A stretch of 64,000 bases of DNA from Chlorokybus atmophyticus (Eukaryota > Plantae > Mesostigma and Chlorokybus algae): positions 91,317 through 155,316 of the forward strand of contig RHPI01000575.1 of the NCBI GenBank assembly GCA_009103225.1, in the 5' to 3' direction. Shown here one piece after another: positions 26,001 to 38,100 of this stretch. Each line of letters opens with the position of its first letter. Position 1 is the first letter of the stretch. Position numbers and translations under genes: made by a program. Under the pieces are notes generated by a model that ran no database searches, was not told where the DNA came from, and worked only from the letters and a program-made list of their open reading frames with translations.

Positions 26001-27069
26001 TGGGTGCTCTCCCGCCTCTCTTGCGTGCAGGCAAGTTTAGTCTGGCGGAGCTGTTTGACAGGGTTGGTTTCAACCAGACCACCATCTCGCGGGGGCGTTA
26101 CGCGGAGGTGTTGGTGTCGCAGCGGCCGTTCACGGAGGACGAGAAGGACTACTTTGACCGCAGCGCAGAGCACGCATATGAGTCGTTCAGGAATAAGGCC
26201 GCGGAGTCAAGGAGAATGCCAGTAAGTGTGTGCGGGTGCGCGTTGCACATACACTTATGATGTGCGCGCATTGTTCATATATGTGCACGTATGGTGCGCG
26301 CACGCGTTGGCATGTGTGTGCGTGTGTGTATGCGCGTGCGCGTGTGCGCGTGCGCGTGCGTATGCATGCTTGTTGTTCCACTCATGCTACAGAGAGTATG
26401 TGTCTCAGCTGTGTCGTTGTTTGGTCTCAGGTTGAGCAAATGGAGTCCGTAGCCCAGGGCCGGGTGTGGACGGGTCGGCAGGCGCTGGAGAAGGGACTCG
26501 TTGATGCGTTGGGAGGCATCTCAACTGCTGTGGCCATTGCCAAGCAGTACGCCAAACTTGAGGGAGGGGTAAGTGCAACTGTCGTCAAGCTAGTACTTGA
26601 TACCCAACCCAGACTTGACCAAATGTGTCCTACAAGCACGCATACATGTGTATGCACACCTTGTTCAAGTGTGCGCGCATATGCGCGTGTGCATGCATGT
26701 GTGCTATGCACAGGCTGTTGCAAGTTGCTGCCGTCAGAGCACACCATTTCACTTATGAACAAGTCACCCAATCACTCGCAGGTGAGGTTGGTGGAGTTCT
26801 CTCGAGGGCAGGTGTCCCCGCTCTCGCTCCTATCCGGTGGCGCCTCCGTCTTGACGGCCTTATCATCCTTAGGCTCCGCCATCCACCTCCTTAAGGAAGA
26901 GGCTGCTTCGCTCCAATCGGGCCGCGTGAGGGCTTCACTTGATGAACCCGCGTTGCGAAGCCTCACGGGCGAGGACTCGATGTCAACAGCGGTGGCGATG
27001 GTTGCTGAAGCGGGGAGTGCGCTGGCGCAGTTGCTACCGCTTCCAGCCTCGCGCGAAGATGACTTGTAG
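23017..27069 (+). CDS. SPPA: Spliced plastid signal peptide peptidase SppA (protease IV, S49) with transit peptide
   Basis: Exon 1 MTTTAALC... (23017-23121) and exon 2 (from 23542) are in phase. LRFSLPWRRFKYGSIL; SLPQICQNLVKAANDPRV; GWAKVEEIRRH; RIGKYKSAGD; RIDSGGGDALASDLMWRE; SMGDVAASGGYY; TITGSIGVV; AQGRVWTGRQA..GLVDALGG. Confidence 0.95.
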
Positions 27070-28079
27070 CGTTGAATTGAATTGAGTTGATTTGAAGCAT
27101 TGGTTGCTTTGAATTGAGGGTGTTTGGCAATGTACAGGGTCTGATCTCGCATCTTCTTGCTCTAGCATTGATGGATTGGTTGAAGTCTCCGTGAGTGCGG
27201 TGTCGGGGGTGTATTTGAGACTTGGGGGGCGGGCTTGTGGCACATGAGGTAACACAGTGGTTTGATGTGGCGAACATACGCACAAGTTGTGCAATGCGCT
27301 CTTGCCTTCTTCGGTGTCTTCTGTCTCGCATGGTTGCTGCTATAGGCACCGGCGCTGCTTGTAGCAGCGACAGTAGTATATGGGGTGCTTCCTAGTGTGT
27401 GTGTGTTGCCTCCTGCTGCTTAAAAGCGAGGTTTGGTTCCAACCATTGCCCACCCATTGTTGATGAATGCGCAACACACGCTTCCGTACTGATCATTGTT
27501 GATGGCATCACAACCGTACATGGAGTGTACCACACATATGCGCAGCATTGTGCGTGTGACAGGCGGAGACGGCGGCGTTGGTGAAGGTGACGTGAACGGC
27601 GTTGTGCGTGGCGGAGGGGCAGTCGGGTAGGCTAGCTCGCTGGCTGGCTGACTTGTTGGCTTTCAGCAGGTTCGGGGGTCCGTCCGTCATCTAGACTACT
27701 CCTGTGGCCAGTTGGCAAGCGCAGAGGCCATTGGTTGAATGCAAGGGTTGTGCATGGCTTGCGTGCAGTGGTTGTGCTTGCAGTTTGTACACAAGGATTC
27801 AAGCCAGCTGTCTGCCATGGCCACAGCTTGCATGGCACAAGTTGCACTCGCACACCACCAACAACAACTAACAACAGAGCAGATTACTCCGCCAGTCTAA
27901 GCGGGGACACTGTTGTATGCACATCAATGAATCCAAGCTTGCGCACTCTGTCCTGCCTGGTGCTTGCCATTGTTCCATAGCATGGTCTGTGATCCAGCAT
28001 TAGGCCAACCGTACTGTCGCTGACCGCATTGATGCATTTGGCACAGCAGGTTAGTGCTGTGGCAGGAACACATTCATGG

Positions 28080-29332
28080 ATGCTACAGTCTTCACCACGG
28101 TTCGATCGGGAGGAAACATCACAGCCCGCATCGGTACGCTTCATCCAGCTTATTGGTTTGTTGCGTGTGTGCGTGCTTGCATGCATGCATGCATGTGGGT
28201 TGTGTCATGAAGAGCTAACAACTTGCCTCTATGATAATTCTCACGTGCGCAGCTCCTGCCTCTTGACGCGGGGCTGCTGACCCAGATTCTGTTGAAGGCA
28301 GGGCCTACAGCGGTAAGCACACAATTGTGCATGGTGCGCACAAACAGCTAAAGCAAGACCCTCCCTCTCAAACTCACAGCAGCTTCCAGCATGCAGAACG
28401 ATGCTGCGCGGCTGCTACTTGTGTGTAAGGTGTTCTGCGACGTGCCCTTAGGCGACAAGCGTTTCTGGCGACATGTACAAATCATGGACCCAACAAGCTG
28501 TCTCGTTGATGTGCTGAATTCTATTCAAGCCAATGCGGAAGGGCGCTTCGCCCTCAACGCGTCATTCGTGCGTGGAGTTGAACTGAAGCAAAACAGCTGC
28601 GAGGGTCTGCAGCTGCTTGGAGAAGTGTTTCCTGAGGTCACATGGGTGGACTGCTTCCTTGGAGTTGTTGACGTTGACACGGAGGATATTGCTCTAAGCC
28701 TCAGCAGCTGCAAGAATGTGCAAGAGTTGGGTCTCTCACTGTCTCCCTCTGGCCAATCCCTAGACCTCAGCGCACTCGCAGCATGCAACCAGCTGCAGAT
28801 GCTCAAGTTGGAGTTTGCAGAGCAGAGTGATGATGAGGAGGAGGAGGAGCAGGCAGAGCCTACAGCAGGCAAACAAGTGCTCATTGCAGGGTTGAGTGCC
28901 ATACCGCAGCTTACCAATCTGACCATTTCTGCATCGTCCTGCGCTTTGTCACAGCTCCCGAAGACGCTGCAAGCCATTGAGTTGTTTATGGATCGCTTAC
29001 GGTTTGATGGAAGCAACCCTAAGGATCAATTGTATGGCACTGAAGCGCATCAACAGATGATGAACTTGGTGTCCATGTGCGACCTGAAGTCCATCTTGAT
29101 ATGCGCTTTCGGTCGTGATGAGAACGTGATGAACGTCAATGGACGCGAGTCCACGGACATGGTTGGCACTCTGGCGAGCATGCTGCTACAGAATCAGAGA
29201 CAACGTGGAGCTGAGCGCGCGCGGGTTGTTGAGATCAAAGGCCCAGATGGACAGGTAGCTATAGAGCACATTCTGATCAAGTGCGCTTGTCCTTCGATCA
29301 ATGTGCGCCAAGTGAGTAGTAGGCTGTACTAA
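28080..29332 (+). CDS. F-box/LRR (RNI-like) protein
   Basis: Phase-0 splicing of MLQSSPRFDREETSQPAS / LLPLDAGLLTQILLKAGPTA / NDAARLLLVCKVF rebuilds an F-box motif. The long last exon has LRR-like units (SCKNVQELGLSL, ACNQLQMLKLEF, AIPQLTNLTISA). The start codon is uncertain. Confidence 0.7.
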
Positions 29333-29895
29333 TCATAATCTGCATGCAGATGTGGCGCAGGGGAATTGCTACCGCTAGCCGATTGGCGAAGTGTGTGTCG
29401 CTGTTAGCGCACAAGAGTCGAAAGTCTGCTCATAGTAGACAGCAGGACGCCAGTTCTGCTGAGAAGAAGAGAGGGCTAGACTATTTGAGAACACGTACCT
29501 GGAAAGGCAGTGGAGAGGCTTCACTTGCAACCCGCTGCCGATGTCACATCTTTACCGAACTGTGGGCGTGCTCCCGCTGAACCTGCAGGCAACAGGACCT
29601 CCTCAGGGGTTGCAGATAAGGGATGCAAGGCCAGTCGAAGTTGACATTGTCGGTGTATAGGTTGAAGGGCACTTGTTAACCACCTAGAGCATTAGTATTG
29701 ATGATGCGATGCGTCAAAGCAGCCATGTGCAGTCCTAGTGCAAGCGCATGCCATACTGTTCAAAGCGAGTGATCATGCGCATGGTTACTACCTTTGGCAT
29801 GCGAGTTGATAAGTGCTCATCCATTGAATTGCAATGAACTTGTTGCATAGCCACAAACAACAACCACTGGCTGTTGTTGTGACATCATGTTGATG

Positions 29896-29960
29896 CAATG
29901 GTTGAGCGCTTAGCCTAAGCGTTCAACCATTGGCAGGGGCCAAAGGCTTTGGCCCCTGCC
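29896..29960. other. Two abutting inverted repeats (hairpins)
   Basis: caatggttgagcgcttag/ctaagcgttcaaccattg (18 bp, 1 mismatch) followed directly by ggcaggggccaaag/ctttggcccctgcc (14 bp, perfect). Confidence 0.85.
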
Positions 29961-31748
29961 TTGGAGGCAAAGTCATCTTTAAGTGACACGTGTGTGTATA
30001 TGTTACTCTACTACTAAGTTGAGGGTTTCAATGATGCCTTCGTGAACTAATCAAAGGTAAATTGAGTTACTAGCTAATACTACGGTAGTATTATCGCACT
30101 ATTTCCTTCAGCTCGAGCGATCAATACAAGGATTATATCAATTGCAAAAGCTAATACGAGTGAGTACAAACTTGAGCGGATTGGTATTTGCTCAAATTCC
30201 GGCTCAGATACCAACTTGCTTGTGTATTTGCTATAGCTAGCTCGCTTAGCATATAGCATGTACCGTACATCACTGCAATAGGCGCAGATGAATATACCGG
30301 CTATTGTGCCACATTTAAAGCATAACAATGTAAAAATCAAAGCATAATGACGTGAGATTATAAATGTTTTCACGCCAAGCATACGTACCAAGCATGTTTG
30401 GGTTTTAAGTTAAACGCTGCTCGGGCAATATATTCATATTGCAATAATAACTTAGTATTGCAATGCTTGTATTGAACACATGATTGTTCAATAAGTATAA
30501 TATTAATGCATCAAGTTTAGGTGACGTGATGGCAACATGTTACACGCATTGATGTAATTAGCATCATCCATATTGGAACGACTCACTTGAAATTGCTAGC
30601 TACGTACAACTAGGTACATCAGGTCATTCACATTAAGTCCGAAAAAAATAAAGCCTACCACATCACCTAGCGTATTATCACGAGCTGGCCGAGCGTCTCG
30701 CAATGAGGCTCCCACGTACAGCACCCGCCACCAAAGCCAAGACAGCGAATGCCTGCGAACGTTGCAGAACGATGAAGAAGGCGACCAACCCGCTAAATGA
30801 AATGAGTCTCTTGCTCACGTGCATCAACCACACGTCGAGCACTCCGAGATAGACGAGTCGTCACGTCCAGTGGACAACAGCTCGACCGTCGATGCTCCCA
30901 TCTAATAGCGAACTTTTATAGCCTAAGGGATGAAGGTGTCGCAATCGGCGTCGTCACGTCAACAGGCTGACAAAATTCGCTTTCACTTCGTTACTTAAGT
31001 AATAAGAGGAACGAAATGAGGAATTTGCATGTCATGATATGTAGCACTTGGCACTGCAATGTGTGCTTATGCGGTCGGTCCTTATGTTTTTGATAGCTAT
31101 GGCTATATAGGTGCACAAGGCGTTGCAATACGGTATCATCGTATGTGCTGATGTAGTATATCAGCACATGCAGCGCTGGTCGGTGCCATATGCTCAGGAT
31201 GACTTGTGAAGTGCCAGCGATGTGACATTATGGCAGCATACGTGCTGCAAGTGACAAATTGTATAGCTTAAATGCTGTGTACCATGATGTGATGTGCATT
31301 ATATAATGCGCATCAGCGTATCACACATATATGCGTGATACGCTAATGTTTGCTATTGAAGTAATACCGAAACAATCTACCCTCACTGTAGTGACACTTG
31401 TTCTTACAACACCCTGTCGGTAGTGAAAGGATACGGATTAACCATTTTATATGATGCAAGACTTCATTTTCACAATGACTGTCACACTCTCCGTAAGGAC
31501 AATTCGTGCCAGTAGTGAGCGTCACTGTAAAGAGGGTATCATATATAGAATTGATTAGGGTTTGTACACCTCGCTATAATAACCAATTGTCACTACATGG
31601 AGTGGCATGAACATTGTAATGTAGTGATCAACTGACATTACATACAGGTGTCCGGATTTGAGTCAATGCATATCAGGCAATATATATATGATATTATGCT
31701 ATTAAATTCCTCGTTTCAGTGATAAATACCATACTTACTTTATTTGAG

Positions 31749-31883
<135 letters not shown>

Positions 31884-32796
31884 NTTGCTAGGAGTTACGC
31901 TGGATAGCGTAACTCACAGCAAGTTAGCAGCCTGGTCATCATAAGGAGAGGTTTGCCGCGCCATCTAGCTGCCTGCCGCGGCGGCGGCGGCGAGCTATCG
32001 ATAGGCGGGCTACGGCTCGGCGGCCGTTGGCTGCGTGCAATGTGGTAAATAGGCCTATAAACATGTGCATAATGCAATAAATTCATCAATAAACCCCCTC
32101 TAGGAGGAGGGGGAGGCTAATTAAAAAGATAGGGNGGGGGGGGGGCTTGTACATGCGCTTAAAGCCCCCCACCCTTCTTTGTTGAGGGGGGCTGTATTAG
32201 GGGGGGCTGTAAAAGAGTAAATATGGTAGTCAGTGTGTTGCGTTGATGCGTTACAATGATTGTCCGTCACTATGTGGAGGGAACGACACCTCCGTATATT
32301 GAAAAAAGCCTCCATACATTCGGTCACTACATTGAGGGTGGACTGTACAATGATTCTTGGATGGTAGTACCACCGTTGTACTATACCAACGTACCACGGC
32401 ACTTGCTTGCTGTCAATGTCTGGACCTCAAAGTGGATGATGCTGCGGAATTTGCCATGTGATTGAAAAGGAAGTACCACGCACGCTTTCACACCGGTCCT
32501 TACTTAGCCAGTCGTGTCAATGTGGCCACCGCAGTGTGCGGGTGTATGAAGAGCGAGCAAAGGCTTGACCGCTGTTGACAGTGGCGGTTGCAGTGAGTCT
32601 TTGTCGTTGGTTGTGCGCCTTTGCGGTGGGAAGTCCTCTGCTTGTCCTCTCCCTCTCTCTTCCTCTCTCCCTCTCTCTCCCTCTCTCTCCCTCTCTCTCT
32701 CTCTCTCTCACACGTTGCATACTGTCCTGCTGACGCTGCAACCACCATGTCTAAAGTGCGAAGTGCCCTCTCCAGCTCAGCCTCGTCCTTGACGCC

Positions 32797-33474
32797 ATGG
32801 CCTCGCTCGTGCGCCCCTGCATTGCTGCCAAGGCCCGTCTACCTGTCTGCCTGCTCCTCCTCCTGCCAATCCTGTGCTGCGTCTTCTTGCCTGCTGGAGC
32901 CGACGCTGCTGCAGGTAAGCCAAGTGTTAGCGGTGACTATGCACTGCTTGATGTGCGTGTGTGCTCTGTCCATTGCCTGCCTGTTGCAGCGACTCGCTAG
33001 GTTGTGGGTGAAGTCGGTGTTGTGTCAACAAAGTGCATTGTGCGCTTTGTGTGATAAGCAGGCAGGCTCCCCCATGCAAGCGTTCAGCGGCGCCAACTAG
33101 CCACCGCTTACTGCAATGGCCGTGCATACGACACCAGCTTCTACATCTGCTGCAACGGTGTAGTCAGCTCCAAGGGCAGCAACGCCTGCAGCAACACAAG
33201 TCCCTACAACACCAACTTCTACATCTGCTGCAACAACGTCCTCAGCTCCAAGGGCAGCAACAACGCCTGCTGCAACACCAAGCCCTACAACACCGACTTC
33301 TACATCTGCTGCAACAACTTCCTCAGCTCCAAGGGCAGCAACAACGCCTATTGCAACACCACCCCTTACAACACAAGCTTCTACATCTGCTGCAACAACG
33401 TCCTCAGCTCCAAGTTAAGGCGCCCAAGATTGAGTGTACAATACGATGAAACTATTATCTCAACTTGCTTTTGA
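32797..33474 (+). CDS. Small secreted cysteine-rich protein with four galaxin-like di-Cys repeats
   Basis: Exon 1 (32797-32914) encodes a signal peptide, MASLVRPCIAAKARLPVCLLLLLPILCCVFLPAGADAAA. A phase-1 intron (GTAAGC...AAGCAG) joins exon 2 at 33062: ...AYCNGRAYDTSFYICCNGVVSSKGSN ACSNTSPYNTNFYICCNNVLSSKGSNN ACCNTKPYNTDFYICCNNFLSSKGSNN AYCNTTPYNTSFYICCNNVLSSK...TCF* (TGA at 33472). The 3' end could be spliced further. Confidence 0.75.
33106..33414 (+). repeat. Coding tandem repeat, 78-81 bp unit x ~3.8
   Basis: Units start at 33106, 33184, 33265 and 33346; core ttctacatctgctgcaac...cagctccaag is conserved. Confidence 0.95.
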
Positions 33475-35105
33475 TGGTTTGGAAAGGCATCATGTAATGA
33501 TAATAAACATGGTAATATGGTGGTATCGTTTTCACATTGCTTACAGATGACGCTGGCTCTGGGAGAGCCAAAAGCGTTTAACCATTACATAATCAACATG
33601 ATATGACATATGCGTGTTGTGATTGTTTTCCACTTACATCAATGCAAAAATTCTGCTGCAACTCAGTCAATTGCTGCTTACTTTATCAATGACCAAGGTA
33701 TTTCGAATGCGATGCATGCGCATGTACTATTACGTAAAGTGTGACATGCGCTTATCAAGCATTGCAATGCAGTAGGCATAAGGTTGGCATAAGCGGCATG
33801 CACTGACAGGCTGTGCCGTGTATTTCAATAATCATTCTTGAACAGTCCGACCATGTTTAAGTTTGTATTCATGCAAGCTCTTGTTACCATATTGCAACAT
33901 GAATTAGGCTATTTTATTGTTTTGACATTGTATGTCATGGTTCAACCGCAACATACAATGGCATAATAGTCTACAAGGTTTGTAGACTAATATCCAATTG
34001 GTGCTCATGCAATGCTGTCATTAGCATTATCAATGCAATTGCACGTCATTAGCTGTACTGAATAAGAAGTGCCATGCATTGCACGGCACTTGCTTGGCGT
34101 ACAATGTGATGATATTGATATTCAACACATGTTGTCATGACGCTACTCAATAGTGACTACATGTCACGCCCAAAGGGCTGGCAAAAGTCACTCTCGGTTC
34201 CTTACTTATGTAGTAAGTAACAGGGACTAAGTGAGGATTCCGCATGTCAAGCTGTGTAGTGCTTGGCAGGTGTACTCATGCAGTCGTCCATGTCTCTAGG
34301 AGTCTAATAGGTTTGGGAACAGCTTAAGGTAGCTCAACTTCAATTTTAGGCAGCGTGCATGCACGCGGTTCGCCTCTGGCTAATGGTGGAGTTCGGGAGT
34401 CTTGGGTATGACGCCGCCGCTTCCACCCTAGTCCGCTCACTTGTAACTTACTGCCGACCGTCTCGTTGGGGTTTGCTTAAAGGAACTGTCGATGTCGGCC
34501 GCGGCCATAAGCCTTGCTTCCGATTGGTCGATGCTAGCAACTGCATTGATGGGTCTCATCACGATGATCACGCTGTCAGCCAACATTGGATCAGCTTCCA
34601 GTGATCCTGATGAACAGGTTGGAGTGCGCAAAGAGTGCGTTGAAAAGGTGCGTGTCGAGGGTCATCACCGAGAAATGTAGCGCTATGATATATATATACA
34701 AATGTTTATACCAAGACTCCATTATGTCATTCTTGTATATAGTGCTATTATATATTTCAATTTTATGTAAGCAAAACCTAGCATACTCAAGTTTAATTTG
34801 TATATATACATGCATATACATGTGCATGTACTTATGCACATTATATATGATAAATGTGTGCATCGTGGTAAATCTATAATGCATGCATAAGATTCCTGAA
34901 TCGAGATGTCGCATGCACGATCGGCATCTTTACAAAACAACCGAGTGGCCGGATTTTTTTTTTTTTTTGAGCCCAACAAAGATTGCATGAAGCATAAGGA
35001 CAAGAGTTCAGAGTGATACAACTACGTGCTAAAGGAAACTAGAGAATTACACTAACCATAGCGAACCAAAGACTGAGCATGGAAACGGAAGATGTCCCTA
35101 GTCTA

Positions 35106-38100
35106 TCATATCTCAGTGACTGAAGAGAGCGCGAGGCGAGGGCAGGGTAGAGGTGAGCGTACAGAGTACCCCCCCGCTACCCCACGAAGAGGAGAAGGCA
35201 GAAAGAGCACCCTCCCTCTTGCCATCAGCAAGAGGGGTGGTAAGAACCGAGAGACACTTCTCTCGTGCTCGTAGACAAACAGCTTGGAGAATCCGGGCGC
35301 GAAGAACGCTAACAGGAACAGGTGTGCCATACCGGTTGGCACACCGGTAGCACCATATGATCCACAGAACAGTGGGGCGCATAGCCTGTCAGAGCGGTGA
35401 GAAAGCCTGCGGGGAGACCGCAGGACCCACCCCAAACAGCACTGAGCGAGGAGAAGTGACGAGGGAGGCCCCCATCCTGCCAAACACTGCGGAGAGACAA
35501 GACCAAGCGTAGGTGGCTGAAGAGCAAGAGAAAAACAAGTGCAATGTAGTCTCCATGCCAACCGCGTGACAAGAGAGGCACGAGGTGTCTGCATCCAAAA
35601 ACTGGAGGCGCTCCCCCGTAAACAGAGCCTCCTGCGCTATCAACCAAAGCAACGTGCGTTGCTTTCCTACAACCGGTGCATTGTGCACCGTACGCCACAC
35701 CTGCTGCCATGGAATGTCCGGAGACAGCAGCAGCCAATGTTTCGGCCCGGGCACCATTGCCACCGCTTTGCGCGTGAGGACATGATACCCCAACTTCGAA
35801 GTGCAATCCCATAGGGAGGACGCCACAAAGCCCGCTCCTGGCTGCAGCGTCCACCTCATAGCTTGCGGGTCGCAATGCACATCCGCAACAGGTGCTCCCC
35901 CTACTGCGAACCAACCGTGATGGCGGGCAGTAACCGGGAGAGACAGCCAGGCCGCTGAGCGAGGAGCATGACCTTTTCTCTAACGTGGAGGAGGAGGACG
36001 AACCCGCACTCGCCTGGCAGCTTGAAGGAAGAGCGAGCTACCTTCCACCCCTTCACCCAGCGTAGTACGCTCGGGGCCCACGAGAGGGAAGCGTGTGCCA
36101 ACGCAGCGTGCTCCCTGCACATGGGAAACCAACAGCACTGCATCAATGCTGCCGGCAGGAGTGGGAGAAGCCCACCACTCATCGTGCACCGCAAGGCCCG
36201 GACCATCGTCCAGCAAGGCCCTCCACTCCGGTGGGACAGCAGACCAGAGCACATCCAGTCGTTGCTGCGTGAGCACCGGCACCCAGAAGAAGAGTTCCTC
36301 CGCGGTGTATGGCCTGCGGAGGAGAGGATCCCACAGGTCACACACACGGTGGAACCCTTCCCGAGCCCAGGGGCGGAACCAGCTCTTGGTAGCCCCCGAG
36401 CCAAGCACTTTGCCGTCCTGCATACAGAGGAGTCCGTTGTAGAACAAGTGCTGCGCCAGCACCTCCTCGTAGTTGGTGGGAGGAGCGCGCGAGGGAGGGG
36501 AAACCGCCTGCCACGCTCGGAAAATAGCACGCCAGTGGCGGGCTACGCGTGCATGGACAGGCAAGCTGGTGGAGAGCAAGGCAGCGCCGGGTGGGAGCCA
36601 TAAAGTGGAAGGCTCCCGTGCGTCCGATGCCCACACCGCGAGCTGCTGATACCCCATGACCTTCCACGGTGCCCACGTCGGGTTAGCCAGCCGGACAGCC
36701 CACCTCGCCAGCAAAGCTTGCGATTGCAACGTGGGATCCAAGATCCCAAGACCCCCCTCGGACTTCGGGAGGCAAACAACAGCCCAGCGCACCTTCCCAC
36801 GTGTGGGGATCCCGTCCAGGCCAGCAGAGGAAGACCACAGAAAAGAGGTGCACTCCTTGCGCAGCTGCTTCAGCACGGAGGAGGCCGGGGAAGCCACTGC
36901 CGCGATGTACCACATGCACGCGAGCACGGACTGATTGAGCACCAGCGCCTTGCCAACAAGCGAAAGGTAATGTCCCTTCCACATGTGCATGCGCTTCCTC
37001 ATCTTGTCAAGCACAGCCTCGAAGAGCTGAGGCTGTTGGAGAGACAACCCCATGGGGACGCCGAGCAACGAGGCGGAGGCCCCCTCCTGCAGCCACTTCA
37101 CCCCCCATGCGGGAGCAGGTTGGGAGGTAGCTGCGCCCAAAAGGATGCCCACCGACTTGTGCAGCTGAGTTGCGAGTCGGAGGCGAGACAATACAAGCGC
37201 GTGATTGACGAGAAGGCCTCGATCGCTGAGGGGGAGGTCTCGAGCAAAACAGCCGTATCATCAGCAAATGCAAAGTAGCGAACCTCGTCGTAATCTCCTG
37301 CGTGCGGTAGATCATCCGAGGGAAGAACCAGGCCTTTAATGGCCGGGTGACTCTTGAGCATGCTGCCTAACGCTTCACTAGCGATGACAAACAAGGCAGG
37401 GGCCATCGGACAGCCCTGCCTCACACTCCGCTGCAAGTGGAACTCCTCTGAGAGAAAGCCATTCACCATAACGGAGCTGCTGCCACCACCATTGAGCGTG
37501 CGTATCCAACCCCGAAAGGTGTGGCCGAAGCCCAAAGCCTGCATCACTCTGTCCAGGAAGTCCCAGTCGAGGCGATCAAAGGCTTTCTCGAAGTCCAACA
37601 AGAGGAGGGCGACCTCTTCTTGCGTAGCATCCGCACAATGAATGGCATCGAGTGCGGTGAGCAAGTTGTCCAAGATGTACCTGTGTTTGACAAAGCTCGT
37701 CTGTTCCTCGGAGAGGATGTTCGGAAGCAAGGGGGACATACGCAAAGCAAAGGCCTTCGCTAGGATTTTGTAGTGTAGAGACAGTAGCGTGATAGGACGC
37801 CAGTTGCGCAAGTCGGACAGTGCACCCTTCTTGTGCAGCAACGTGAGGACCCCCGCCCACTGAGAACAACCCATACGAGACCGCTGCAACACCACGTGGC
37901 AGTATGCAGTGTAGTCCTATCACCGGCCACATGTGCAACCAAAAGGCTGCAGTGAGGCCATCCCTCCCCGGGCTCTTGTGAAGGTTCATCGCCCGAATAG
38001 CTGCGTGGAGCTCCGAGCTGGTCACTGGTGAGTCGAGCCGCGCTCCCTCTTCCGCCAACAGCAAGGGTTCCACCGCTCGCAGGCATTCCTCCACAGCAGC

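Noticed and set aside
30720-30900. ACERCRTMK as a Zn2Cys6-like finger
   Set aside because: The remaining cysteines are absent and the frame closes quickly.
33033-33449. Poly-Gln/Leu/His ORF in the supplied track
   Set aside because: Off-frame reading of the galaxin-like repeat exon; the Cys-rich frame is the one in phase with the signal-peptide exon.
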